From NCBI GenBank assembly GCA_030059665.1, contig JANVYR010000002.1, positions 352,001-416,000 of the forward strand: 64,000 nt of DNA. The letters are read 5' to 3'. Below are positions 39,061-48,428 of the stretch, piece after piece. This DNA comes from Candidatus Calditenuis fumarioli. GTDB lineage: Archaea; Thermoproteota; Nitrososphaeria_A; Caldarchaeales; Calditenuaceae. The position numbers and the translations under genes were made by a program. A model generated the notes under the pieces. The model was not told the DNA's origin. It was given only the letters and a program-made list of their open reading frames with translations, and did no database searches. How positions within the stretch are numbered: the first letter of the stretch is position 1; each line of letters opens with the position of its first letter.

Positions 39061-39243
39061 TTAACGATAGTCCTCCTCCTCCCAGAGCAGGCTGCCCTTG
39101 AGGTCGTACCTAGCACCCCTAAGGCTGAGATCCAGGGCCGGCCCGAAGGGCCTCATGGACGCGATCGATCCTTCGTCCAGCAGCTGCCTCACCCTGTGAA
39201 GCGCGCCCTCCCTCGGTCTCGCCCGGACCAGATAGTGGGCCAA
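39061..39243 (-). pseudogene. Probably 3'-truncated conserved hypothetical gene (MAHYLVRARP...WEEEDY family)
   Basis: I recall homologues continuing past WEEEDYC for about 40 aa; here the frame reads WEEEDYR-stop in an AT-rich junction. Confidence 0.45.
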
Positions 39244-39429
39244 TCCGACCTCATCCGTCCATGGAGGAGAAAAAGCGTTTGCCGCAAACTCAGCTCATTT
39301 ACGGTTGAGCCCTTGCTCGAGGCAGCGTTAAATCGAAGTCCTCCACCTCGAGAACGAAATGATTTCGCGAACGCTCGATCACTTTGGCCCTCATGGGCGA
39401 TAAAGTTTGGGGAACTAAGCTATAAGGCA

Positions 39430-39640
39430 TGGTAAGCCTAAAGAGGAAAAGGAATAAAAGGGGAGGGGTTGGAGTCCTCTTTGATTAGCTGTCATTCATC
39501 CAGCCAGGCGTTTGAGGCCCCGAGGCCGTATGTTAACAATTCTTCCCGCGTTGCGCGGGACCCCTGCCCGAAGCCGGGCGGGTATGTAACGGTGCTACCC
39601 TCTTTCCGAGGGCCGGTCACTCGGGGTTTCCCCACCCAGC
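39430..39640 (-). ncRNA. Candidate structured ncRNA overlapping and downstream of the IS110-like gene
   Basis: Run of hairpins (GGGGAAACCCC; CCCUC-GGAAA-GAGGG; GCCCG-GCUU-CGGGC; CCCGCG-CAA-CGCGGG; GGCC-UCGG-GGCC) followed by a pyrimidine/U-rich tract. Confidence 0.45.
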
Positions 39641-40680
39641 TGGGCCACGACCTCGAGGCACCTCGTCCTATATTTCCATATCTTCGTCGCAAGCTTCTTG
39701 CATTTTCCTTTGACCCTGCTTCGCTCACGATTAAGGTCAATGCGGTAGACCTTCACAGCCAGTTGGTTGATTGCGAACGCTGCCTGTCCGTCGTGTATGA
39801 ACTTCTCTCCCGTCTTTCCGTTATTGTCAAGAGAAAGACCGAGCTTCTTCAGGAAATCGGCTAATGACCGACTTCCTTCAGTCTCGATTAAGACCTCGCA
39901 ACAGTAGGCTAGGTCTATCAGACTTTCCTCGATCCCGATCCTATCGAACAGCTCATTTATTCTCGGAAACGTCCTTATCATCGTCTCAACGAAGCTCTTG
40001 GCTTCTTCGAGTAATTCTTCTTCCGATCTCCTTATCCTCTTCGCCTTCTCCTCCTCAGTTAGCGGAAGTGCTGACAGCTGTTGAAGCAACCCTTGATGAT
40101 CCCTTCTCGCTCTCCTCCACAATATCATCGCCACCCATCTCTCGATGTGCTCCTCGGTGATCCGCATATGGAACTTAGGCGATACGTATCTCAGTAGAAC
40201 AGCGTCGTAAACGTCGTTCTTGTCGTACTTGATCTGCGTCTTGAATCCCTCAAGAACCTCCGGATGATGTCTTTCTAACCACTCCACGAGGCCCTTTGGC
40301 TTCCCTGAATTCTTCTTCCTCCGCCATCCGTGAAGGGCCGATGGTCTGGTTAGGACCCAGACCTCGACCCCGCTTTCGATTAGCTGCTTGAGGATGGCTA
40401 CGTTCGTCGGCCACAGGGCGTCCACCAGCACGCGGCGGACGCCCTGCGCGACGAGGAACCCCGGGAGCTCTCCGTTCTCGACTTGAGATATCAGCTCTTT
40501 CTCCGCTATGAAAACCATCGCCGGCCTCTTCTGATGGAAATCAACACATGCTCCGTCAAACCTCGGAAGCTCTGATATCTGCTCGAGTCTCCTGAACAGC
40601 TCAAGGGCTTTCTCCTTCAGCTTCCAATCGAGATGTTTTTGGTTTGCTTCTCCGATCATTCCTATCATCTCATATCGCAA
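39595..40680 (-). CDS. Divergent IS110-family (DEDD/RuvC-like) transposase/recombinase-like protein
   Basis: ACVDFHQK, VLVDA and KNDVYDAVLL give the DEDD-type tetrad with Asp in the Glu position; then a coiled coil and a F..LKKLGL C-terminal segment; GC lower than host genes. Confidence 0.65.
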   Translation of the reverse strand: MRYEMIGMIGEANQKHLDWKLKEKALELFRRLEQISELPRFDGACVDFHQKRPAMVFIAEKELISQVENGELPGFLVAQGVRRVLVDALWPTNVAILKQLIESGVEVWVLTRPSALHGWRRKKNSGKPKGLVEWLERHHPEVLEGFKTQIKYDKNDVYDAVLLRYVSPKFHMRITEEHIERWVAMILWRRARRDHQGLLQQLSALPLTEEEKAKRIRRSEEELLEEAKSFVETMIRTFPRINELFDRIGIEESLIDLAYCCEVLIETEGSRSLADFLKKLGLSLDNNGKTGEKFIHDGQAAFAINQLAVKVYRIDLNRERSRVKGKCKKLATKIWKYRTRCLEVVAQLGGETPSDRPSERG

Positions 40681-40804
40681 TGCACGTTCATAAGGAATGT
40701 GAGTTAGTGTCCAGGCTCCTGAAGGAGGTTTTGGTTCAGATAGGGGAGACGCAGGCGATACCCGTCCTCGAGCAGTTGATGACGTAGAAGAGGGATAAGG
40801 GGGT

Positions 40805-41110
40805 ATGGCATATCACAAGCAGTTCATTTTTGTGCTCTTGAATCCCGAATCCGCGCGACCCAGTTTTTCTCGACGGCCGAAAGGTCATCATAGATATCGA
40901 CGACCTTTACGAGCTGCTATACGTCATCTCGGGAAGCAACGGATGCGGTCATACATGGCCAAAGATATACGCCGAGGAGGTGGTGGAGTGGACGACTCCG
41001 CTCGGGGAACCCATTAACATGCCCTACACGGGTCTCGAAACCCAACCATCAAACGATATCTGCTGTGATCCGTTTATTCATTCATCCTATTTATATATTC
41101 TACTTAAGAA
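40805..41110 (+). pseudogene. Frameshifted low-GC ORF remnant of unknown family
   Basis: MAYHKQFIFVLLNP in one frame; protein-like continuation (PVFLDGRKVIIDIDDLYELLYVISG...) in another after about 40850. Confidence 0.35.
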
Positions 41111-41244
41111 ATTTAACGGTGCCTTTCGCGCCCTCTTCATCCGAGGCAAGCGTTCACGCAAACCCTTATTAGCAGAATCAATTCGAACGGTGCCCTCGTC
41201 CCGGAGGGCCGTTACCGATACGTACAGGGCCGTTCTATTCTCCG

Positions 41245-41478
41245 GTGATGCTGGTGCGGGTCATCGGCGCGCTCCTCCTCTCGGCGGGGCTCCTGGGGAT
41301 AGCGTTCTACACCACCTCGTTCCTCGGGCTGGTGAGGCTGGTCGACCAGGAGGTGCTCGTGAGGGTGACGGTCTACGCGATAGCCGTCGGAATCCTCGCG
41401 GTGATATCCCTGCTGGGGTACCTGGCGCTTACGGCGCCGGCCCAGCACGTCCGCGTCAACAGGGGTGGTGGCGGATGA
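41245..41478 (+). CDS. Small 2-TM membrane protein
   Basis: Two hydrophobic helices; overlaps the MEMO1 gene start. Confidence 0.65.
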   Translation: MMLVRVIGALLLSAGLLGIAFYTTSFLGLVRLVDQEVLVRVTVYAIAVGILAVISLLGYLALTAPAQHVRVNRGGGG

Positions 41479-42332
41479 GGAGGAGCCCTGCTGTGGCCAA
41501 CTACTTCTACGAGGGCAGGCGCGATGCGCTCCTGGAGCAGGTGAGGGGGTGCTTCCTCTCGCCCCACGGACCGGGTGAGCTGCCGGACCCCAAGGGCCCC
41601 GACGTCTCGACGAGGGTACCGCCGGTTCTGGTCTCGCCCCACGCGGGCTACATGTACTCGGGTCCTGTGGCGGCCCACGGGTACCTCGAGCTCTCGAGGT
41701 GCAGGAGGCCGAGAACGGTCGTCGTGGTGGGGCCCAACCACTACGGCATCGGAACCGACGTCTCCGTCTACCCCGGAGGCCGCTGGATCACACCTCTTGG
41801 GGAGGTCGAGGTGGACAGGGAGCTCGCGGCGGTGCTGGCCGAGACCTCGCAGGTCTTCTCGCTCGACGAGCTGAGCCACTCGAGGGAGCACTCGATCGAG
41901 GTCCAGGTGCCGTTCCTCCAGTTCGTCTACGGCGACGGGTTCAGGTTCGTGCCGATCTGCATGCTGGACCAGAGCAGGGAAACGGCGGAGGAGGTCGGAA
42001 GGGCCCTTGCAGAGGCGATAACAAACCCGGAGGAGGTCGTGGTCATCGCCAGCAGCGACTTCACCCACTACGAGCCCCACGACGAGGCGGTGCGGAGGGA
42101 CATGCCCGTGATCGAGAGGATCTTGGAGCTGGACGTCGCTGGGTTCTACCGCGAGATGGAGAGGAGGGAAGCCACGCTGTGCGGTTACGGAGCCATAGCC
42201 GCGGTCATGGAGTACTCCAGACGGAAGGGCTACGCGAAGGCGAGGCTCCTGAAGTACGCCACGAGCGGTGACGTCTCGGGTGACAGGTCCTCTGTCGTCG
42301 GCTACGCGTCCATAGCGTTCTACAAGGACTGA
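41475..42332 (+). CDS. MEMO1/AmmeMemoRadiSam protein B family
   Basis: PHAGYMYSG, GPNH, EHSIEVQVPF, SSDFTHY, CGYG, SVVGY; true start ATG 41475. Confidence 0.92.
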   Translation: MRRSPAVANYFYEGRRDALLEQVRGCFLSPHGPGELPDPKGPDVSTRVPPVLVSPHAGYMYSGPVAAHGYLELSRCRRPRTVVVVGPNHYGIGTDVSVYPGGRWITPLGEVEVDRELAAVLAETSQVFSLDELSHSREHSIEVQVPFLQFVYGDGFRFVPICMLDQSRETAEEVGRALAEAITNPEEVVVIASSDFTHYEPHDEAVRRDMPVIERILELDVAGFYREMERREATLCGYGAIAAVMEYSRRKGYAKARLLKYATSGDVSGDRSSVVGYASIAFYKD

Positions 42333-42362
42333 GCGGTTGAGAAAAAAGAGGAGTGAGAGCTC

Positions 42363-43649
42363 TCAGGGCCAGATGTTGAGGAGCTTGATGGCCTCGCAGA
42401 CCCGATCGACGGCGAGGCACATCGCGCCCATCCTGTTGCTGACCGCGTACTTCCTCGAGGTGCTCAGGACGTCGTGGAACGCCTTCACGAGCTTCGCCTC
42501 CATCCTCGAGAGTACCTCCTCCTTCGTCCACCTCTCCCTTTTCAGGTTCTGCACCCACTCGAAGTAGCTCACGGTCACGCCGCCTGCGTTCGCCAGGATG
42601 TCGGGCACCACGAAGACCCCCTTCTCGTTCAGGACCCTGTCGGCGTCCGATGTGACCGGGCCGTTCGCTCCCTCGGAGATTACCTTGGCCTTCACCCCCT
42701 CGACGGTCTTGGCGTTAATGGACCCCTCGACGGCCGCGGGAACGAGGGCGTCCACGTCGAGGTGCAGCAGCTCCTCATCGGTGATGGCCTTGGCGCCCTC
42801 GAACCCCAGAACGGATCCCGTCCGCCGCTTGTGCTCGATCAGCTTCGGGACGTTGAGCCCCTCGGGGTTGTAGATTCCGCCCTTGCTGTCGCTGACCGCC
42901 ACCACCTTCGCTCCCCACTCGTGCAGGTAGAGCGCCGCGTAGCTCCCCACGTTCCCGAAGCCCTCGACGGCCACCCTCAGTCCCTTGATGCCCATGTTGA
43001 GCGCCTTCGCGGCCTCCCTCAGCCCGATCGCGACCCCGAGGCCCGTAGCCTCCTCCCTCCCCTCGCTTCCCCCCAGCGATATCGGCTTCCCGGTGACCAC
43101 CTCGGGAGTCTGGCGGCCCGCGAGCTGCGAGTAGGTGTCCATGATCCAGGCCATCACCTGCGCGTCGGTGTACACGTCGGGTGCCGGTATGTCCTTGTAG
43201 GGGCCTATGACGTCGTAGATCATGTAGGTGTACCTCCTGGTTATCCGCTCTATTTCCTCCCGCGTCAGCTCCTTGGGGTTGCACGCGACGCCGCCCTTAG
43301 CACCGCCGAAGGGCAGGTCCACGACCGCGCACTTGTAGGTCATCAGCATGGCGAGCGCCGTGACCTCCTCCAAGCTCGTCGTGGGATAGTACCTGATACC
43401 GCCCTTGTATGGACCTCGGGCGTTGTTGTGCTGGACCCGGTATCCTATGAAGGTCCTGATGGAGCCGTCCCTCATCCTGACCGGTATCGAGACCGTCAGC
43501 TGCAGCTTGGGGTGCTTGAGGACCTCGAAGTAGTCGCTGCCGTATCCGGTTATCTCGACCGCCTGTTTGACCTTCTGGACGACGTCCCCGAGGAACTCGG
43601 ACCCCGTGACCTGGGCCCTGAGCTGCGACGAAACCATCAAGCTCCTCAC
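42363..43649 (-). CDS. gdhA: Glutamate dehydrogenase (Glu/Leu/Phe/Val family)
   Basis: RGPYKGGIRY, GGAKGG, DIPAPD, GFGNVG, EGANGP, ANAGGVTVSYFEW. Confidence 0.95.
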   Translation of the reverse strand: MRSLMVSSQLRAQVTGSEFLGDVVQKVKQAVEITGYGSDYFEVLKHPKLQLTVSIPVRMRDGSIRTFIGYRVQHNNARGPYKGGIRYYPTTSLEEVTALAMLMTYKCAVVDLPFGGAKGGVACNPKELTREEIERITRRYTYMIYDVIGPYKDIPAPDVYTDAQVMAWIMDTYSQLAGRQTPEVVTGKPISLGGSEGREEATGLGVAIGLREAAKALNMGIKGLRVAVEGFGNVGSYAALYLHEWGAKVVAVSDSKGGIYNPEGLNVPKLIEHKRRTGSVLGFEGAKAITDEELLHLDVDALVPAAVEGSINAKTVEGVKAKVISEGANGPVTSDADRVLNEKGVFVVPDILANAGGVTVSYFEWVQNLKRERWTKEEVLSRMEAKLVKAFHDVLSTSRKYAVSNRMGAMCLAVDRVCEAIKLLNIWP

Positions 43650-43707
43650 CGACGACTTCGCCTCGGTCGTTGTCGTGTTTAATTTTAATTTTATGCAGGA
43701 CGTCCGT

Positions 43708-44820
43708 TCAAACGGCCCTTCTCTGCGTTCGGAGAAGCCTCGAAGGTCTGAGACGTTCCAGCTCGTCCGACGTGAGAACTCCTGACCCTCTCGACCTCAG
43801 GAGCTCGTACGCCGCCTCCCCCAGCGCAGGACCTCGCATCAGCCCGTACCCCCTCAGGCCCCCGACCACGACGACGTCTCCGAGCTCGTCAAGCCTGCCC
43901 AGGTACGGATCCATGTCGGGCGTCAGCTCGCACGGTCCCCTTAGCGAGGAGTGGTAGCGGGGCTCGCGCCGCAGCTCGAGGCGTTGAAGCAGCATCTCCA
44001 GGGACCTTCGGACGTAATGGGCCGGCGGCTCCGCAGAGGAGTAGTCGGGCGCATCGGCCCACTCGGCGTCATATCCTCCCCCAACCAGCAGTGTCCCCCA
44101 CCTCCTCCAGTACGAGTGGAGCAGCTCGTCGGAGAACGAGGGTATCTCCAGCTCCTCTCCCAGGTCGAACTTGTACGCGTAGCAGGTGATCACCCTGGTC
44201 CTGATCTCGATGCCGAGGAGTTTGAGCAGCTCGCGGTTGTGGGAGCCAGCGGCCAGGATGAGGCCATCGTGATCGATTTTCTCGCCGCCCTCGAGGACGA
44301 CGCCGGTGACCGCGTTGCCGTCGGTGGCGAAGGACGCAACGCCGCGTTTGACCACTCTCACGTCTTGGGCTTCGAGGACCTCCATCAGCTCGAGGCCTAA
44401 CGCCGGAGGCTCAACCGAGAGGTCCAGGTCGGTGTAGACCCCGATGAGGTCCCGATCGACCCTGAAGGCCGGCCACCTCCCGACGACCTCGGAACCCGTC
44501 AGGATTTCGTGCATGACACCGGCATCCCTGAGGGCCGCGATGGACTCGGAGAGGTCCTCCTCCCTGCCCAGCTGCAGGAAACCGGTCCTGAGGGCGGAGG
44601 ACTTCGCGACGGACCTGATCAGCTCGATGCTGCGCAGAACGAGCCTCACGTCCATAGGGTCCTCCAGCTGGACCGTCACCACTCCCGCGGACCTCGACGC
44701 CGCACCGCCGAGCACTCCCCTCGGGTCTATCAGCGTCACCTCCTCGCCCCTGAAGGCGGCGGAGAGGGCGGCGAAGGCGCCCGCTGGGCCAGCACCTACC
44801 AGCACAAGCCCCCTCGACAC
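43708..44820 (-). CDS. FAD-dependent oxidoreductase, DAO/sarcosine oxidase beta-like
   Basis: GAGPAG dinucleotide-binding motif, ASRSAG, TPD, GYGLMRGP. Confidence 0.8.
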   Translation of the reverse strand: MSRGLVLVGAGPAGAFAALSAAFRGEEVTLIDPRGVLGGAASRSAGVVTVQLEDPMDVRLVLRSIELIRSVAKSSALRTGFLQLGREEDLSESIAALRDAGVMHEILTGSEVVGRWPAFRVDRDLIGVYTDLDLSVEPPALGLELMEVLEAQDVRVVKRGVASFATDGNAVTGVVLEGGEKIDHDGLILAAGSHNRELLKLLGIEIRTRVITCYAYKFDLGEELEIPSFSDELLHSYWRRWGTLLVGGGYDAEWADAPDYSSAEPPAHYVRRSLEMLLQRLELRREPRYHSSLRGPCELTPDMDPYLGRLDELGDVVVVGGLRGYGLMRGPALGEAAYELLRSRGSGVLTSDELERLRPSRLLRTQRRAV

Positions 44821-44853
44821 GCTCCTACCTCTGCACCAGACCGGTCAGCCAGC

Positions 44854-46302
44854 TTATGGACCCGACTGGGGCTCGTTGAGCCTCCGGTGGGTCTCGTCGT
44901 CGTACCTCCTGTACTTCAGAATTATCGGGCACCACTCTTTCTCCGGGCAGTAGCCCAGGTGCCTGCACTTCTCGCCCGTAAGCCTCCCCAGCTCGGGCAC
45001 CGACCGCTCCACCTCCCTCCAGATCCGGTAGGCGATCGCCCTCTCCTCCCATTGCGCGGCGCTGCAGGTCCTGGTGGCGACGAAGCCCATCGGGCTCAGC
45101 AGGTTGAAGAGGTCGTAGACCCTGAGCGTCCGTATCCTGACGGCCTGGGGCACCAGGTAGAGGGCAGCGGCAGGCCCGAGCTCCTCGCGGACCGATCGGT
45201 ACAGCTCCAGCATCGAGAGGACCCTCGCCACGAACTCGGAGGTCAACGCCTCGCTCGACCTGAGCCTCGGAGGCACCACCACGGACCGCTCCGGCTCCTT
45301 GAGCGCCCTGTCGGCGGCCTCGACGAGGGACTCGACCGCCGTAGGCACGCTCCTGTGCCTGATCGACTGGTGGTAGGCGACGAGGGATGGCGCCTCGAGA
45401 ACCACGGCCTGAACCGCAGGGTAGACCCTCTCGGCCGTCCTCAGTCCGTCCTGAGAGAGGACCCGGTTCACACCACCGACGGTCATGATGTCGACCAGCT
45501 CCGCGTCCTCTGGCACCCGGTCGCCGAAGAGCGCGCTGAATACGCCGTCACCCTCCCTCAGGGGATCTGGCACCGGGTAGTAGGTCCAGGGGCCCGAGAA
45601 GGCGAGCCGCGAGCCGGTGAGAGACGGCATGAGGTCCGAGAGGAGCGAGATCAAACGGCCCGAGTAGACCTCGAGCTCGGAGGTCACCAGGCCGATCCGG
45701 TGCCTGACCTTCAGGACCGCGTACAGCACCGACTCGAGCGAGGATGCGGAGAAGAACGAGGTCGCGGTGGCCAAAGGCAGGACGTACCTCGCGTCCTCCA
45801 GATCAAGCCCCCGGCTCAGCAGCTCCCGGTAATAGGCGTGGTTTGCGAGCAGGGCGTCCCTCACCCTACCCTCGAGGGCCGTGCCCCTCACCTCCGCCGG
45901 GACGAGCATGCGGTCCGCCGTGACCTCCGACCTCCGCTGGCTCTCCTGGAGGAAGCTACCGAACCGCGCACCCATCACCACCATGCTCAGGAGCCTCGAG
46001 CACCACCTTACCTCGAGGAAGGGGATGGCCGAGGTCGTGAGGGAGGCGTGGCCGCGCCTCGTCGACTCGAAGTGCACCTTTCTCGAGAACTTGGTGACGT
46101 CCTTCCCCCGGCCGATGAGGTCGTTGAGGTTCCGGGAGAGGTGGACCATCGAGAAGGTGCCTACGCCCTCCAGCGCTATCACTTCATCCGGCCCGAGCGA
46201 CCTCCCCGAGAAGGAGACCTTAGGCCCCAGGTCGAGGACGTCGACCTCCAGCTGGTCGGTGTACCTCGGTCCCGCCACACCACTGCCAGACGCACCTGCC
46301 AA
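44854..46302 (-). CDS. thyX: Tandem two-domain flavin-dependent thymidylate synthase (ThyX-like)
   Basis: GHAS, ESQRR and EDARYVLPL (domain 1); HQSIRHRS, AQWEER and CRHLGYCPE (domain 2). Confidence 0.7.
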   Translation of the reverse strand: MAGASGSGVAGPRYTDQLEVDVLDLGPKVSFSGRSLGPDEVIALEGVGTFSMVHLSRNLNDLIGRGKDVTKFSRKVHFESTRRGHASLTTSAIPFLEVRWCSRLLSMVVMGARFGSFLQESQRRSEVTADRMLVPAEVRGTALEGRVRDALLANHAYYRELLSRGLDLEDARYVLPLATATSFFSASSLESVLYAVLKVRHRIGLVTSELEVYSGRLISLLSDLMPSLTGSRLAFSGPWTYYPVPDPLREGDGVFSALFGDRVPEDAELVDIMTVGGVNRVLSQDGLRTAERVYPAVQAVVLEAPSLVAYHQSIRHRSVPTAVESLVEAADRALKEPERSVVVPPRLRSSEALTSEFVARVLSMLELYRSVREELGPAAALYLVPQAVRIRTLRVYDLFNLLSPMGFVATRTCSAAQWEERAIAYRIWREVERSVPELGRLTGEKCRHLGYCPEKEWCPIILKYRRYDDETHRRLNEPQSGP

Positions 46303-46433
46303 TTAGCCGACCTCGCCTTAAGGCGTATCGGATGTTTTATGGCTATTACTACGGGAATCGGTGATCGTAGAGGGGCTGTGACGAGCAACGTCCATGCCGA
46401 GCTGTGAGGCGACGATGGGCAGTCTGAGCCCCC

Positions 46434-46940
46434 TCAGACGCGCTCACGTTCCGATCCTCGCGACCTCGCCCATTCCCTCAGTCCAATCTCCTGCTCCGGC
46501 TCGACGGACCCTGGCCTGACGGACCTGACCCTCGCGATCGCCTCATCGGGCTGGAGGCCCTCCGTCACGATCAGGTATGCGGCGAGCACGGTTCCGGTCC
46601 TGCCCTGTCCTGCGGCGCAGTGCACCAGCACCTTCTTCCCTGAGGAAATGAGGTCTGCCAGCAGCTTAACGGCCCGCTCCAGCGTCTCCGCGTCCGGCAT
46701 CTCGTGGTCCATCATCGGGACGTGGTGGTACTCGATGCTCAGGCCCTTGAGGAGCTGCGGGGGTATGGGATCCTCGGTCAGCGAGATGATCGCGTTTATC
46801 CCCTGCGCGGCGACGTACTCGAGCTGGGACCTGCTCACTGGCCTGCCCGAAGCCGCTATCTGGCCGTTGAACCAGCCGAAGTTGTAGGGCCTATCGGCGA
46901 ACGCCGCCCTGATCCTCCTCATCAGGTCGCCCGGCGTCAA
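46434..46940 (-). CDS. Dual-specificity protein phosphatase
   Basis: HCAAGQGRTG (CX5R) motif, DH..P acid loop, RPGSVE..Q. Confidence 0.9.
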   Translation of the reverse strand: MTPGDLMRRIRAAFADRPYNFGWFNGQIAASGRPVSRSQLEYVAAQGINAIISLTEDPIPPQLLKGLSIEYHHVPMMDHEMPDAETLERAVKLLADLISSGKKVLVHCAAGQGRTGTVLAAYLIVTEGLQPDEAIARVRSVRPGSVEPEQEIGLREWARSRGSERERV

Positions 46941-47040
46941 CGCTCGACCCCTCACGTTGCCATCATGCCCTCCTAAGAAACCGCTCGGTCCTCGAACGCG
47001 TTGGGCCAACACAAAAATCGTCCGCTAGGACGCTCTTCGT

Positions 47041-47436
47041 GTGTACCAGCTCAGGCTTCGGGACCTGATCAAGAGGAGGCCCATCACCGTCGAGAGCGGA
47101 GCCACCGTCCACGACGTCATCAAGATCATGGCCAGAGAGAACGTCGGGTTCCTGATCGTGAGGGAGGGTGATGAGGTGGTGGGCGTCCTCTCCGAGCGGG
47201 ACGTCATCCGAGTCCTGGCGGAGGAGGGGGACCTGCGGAAGAGGGTCGGGGAGTTCTGCAGGAGGGACATCATCAAGCTCAGGGAGGACAGCACGCTCGA
47301 GGAGGCCGCTCAGGCGATGGGGAGGCACAGGATAAGGCACATCGTGGTCGAGAACGAGCGGGGTGAAGTCGTGGGGGTCGTCTCGGTCAGGGACCTGCTG
47401 GAGGAGCTGTTCGGCCCCGGCACGAAGACCGACTGA
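47041..47436 (+). CDS. CBS-domain protein
   Basis: Two CBS repeats (VGVLSERDV; VGVVSVRDL). Confidence 0.9.
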   Translation: MYQLRLRDLIKRRPITVESGATVHDVIKIMARENVGFLIVREGDEVVGVLSERDVIRVLAEEGDLRKRVGEFCRRDIIKLREDSTLEEAAQAMGRHRIRHIVVENERGEVVGVVSVRDLLEELFGPGTKTD

Positions 47437-47531
47437 CGTGACACGCAACCTGACGTCGGCCCTCCCCGCCGTCCCTCCCTCCGTCGGACCCGAAAACCAT
47501 CAAGAGCGACCGGGTTGAGCTGTTACCCGGG

Positions 47532-48428
47532 ATGGAGGTCACGGTGATCGGCGGCCCCGCATCGGCCGAGCAGGCGAGGAGGCTCGCGGTGGAGCTCGGC
47601 GCTGAGTACGTCCCTGTGGAACACAAGCTCTTCCCCGACGGCGAGTCCTACCTGCGCTTCGTGGCCGACCTGAAGGGCAGATGCGTCGTCGTCTTCCAGG
47701 GCACGCACCCCCCTCAGGACAGGAACCTGCTGCAGCTGCTGATGATCTCGAAAACGGCTCGTGAGAGGGGAGCATCGAGGGTCCTCGCGGTCGTCCCGTA
47801 CCTCGCGTACGCCAGGCAGGACAGGGAGTTCCTCCAAGGCGAGGTCGTCAGCATCAGGGTCGTCCTCCACGCGATGAGGTGCGCCGGCGTTGACGCACTT
47901 CTGACGGTGAACCCGCACTCGCCCTGGGCCCTCGAGGCCGGTGGGCTGGAGTCCATCCAAGTGGACGTGACGAAACTCCTCGCCCGGAAGGCGGCAGAGT
48001 CCCACGGGCCGTTCGATGTGGTGGGCTCTCCGGGGAAGAAAGGTCGCTCCATGGCGGAGGCTGCAGCCGAGGAGATAGGGGCCGTTCCTTTCCACCTCGT
48101 GAGCTCGAGGGATCCGATGACGGGGAAGGTGGAGGTGCGCGTTGACGGCCTCGACGTCGCGGGCAAGAGGGTCCTGCTGATCGACGACATCATCAGCACC
48201 GGAGGCACGATGGCCGATGCGGTTCGTGGCCTTCTCAGGTCTGGCGCGAGGGAGGTGATCGTCTCGTGCGTCCACGGCCTCTTCGTCGGCGACGCGGTGG
48301 AACGCCTGCTCGGCGCAGGGGCATCGGCTCTGATATCGACCGACACCGTGCCCACTGACCACTCGAGGGTCTCCGTGGTCAGCGAGCTGGCCAAGGCCGT
48401 CGGCGCGTGGGCCTCTGCGAAGCGATGA
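47532..48428 (+). CDS. prs: Ribose-phosphate pyrophosphokinase
   Basis: FPDGE, PYLAYARQD, DDIISTGGT, VHG, STDT. Confidence 0.93.
   Translation: MEVTVIGGPASAEQARRLAVELGAEYVPVEHKLFPDGESYLRFVADLKGRCVVVFQGTHPPQDRNLLQLLMISKTARERGASRVLAVVPYLAYARQDREFLQGEVVSIRVVLHAMRCAGVDALLTVNPHSPWALEAGGLESIQVDVTKLLARKAAESHGPFDVVGSPGKKGRSMAEAAAEEIGAVPFHLVSSRDPMTGKVEVRVDGLDVAGKRVLLIDDIISTGGTMADAVRGLLRSGAREVIVSCVHGLFVGDAVERLLGAGASALISTDTVPTDHSRVSVVSELAKAVGAWASAKR

Noticed and set aside
39250-41240. TIGR-like (about 36-nt periodic) array next to the IS110-like gene
   Set aside because: No regular periodic box C/D repeats found by eye; only hairpins and short matches.
40980-42332. Apparent 450-aa MEMO1 with N-terminal extension
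   Set aside because: The extension crosses AT-rich non-coding DNA and a separate small membrane gene; the true start is 41475.
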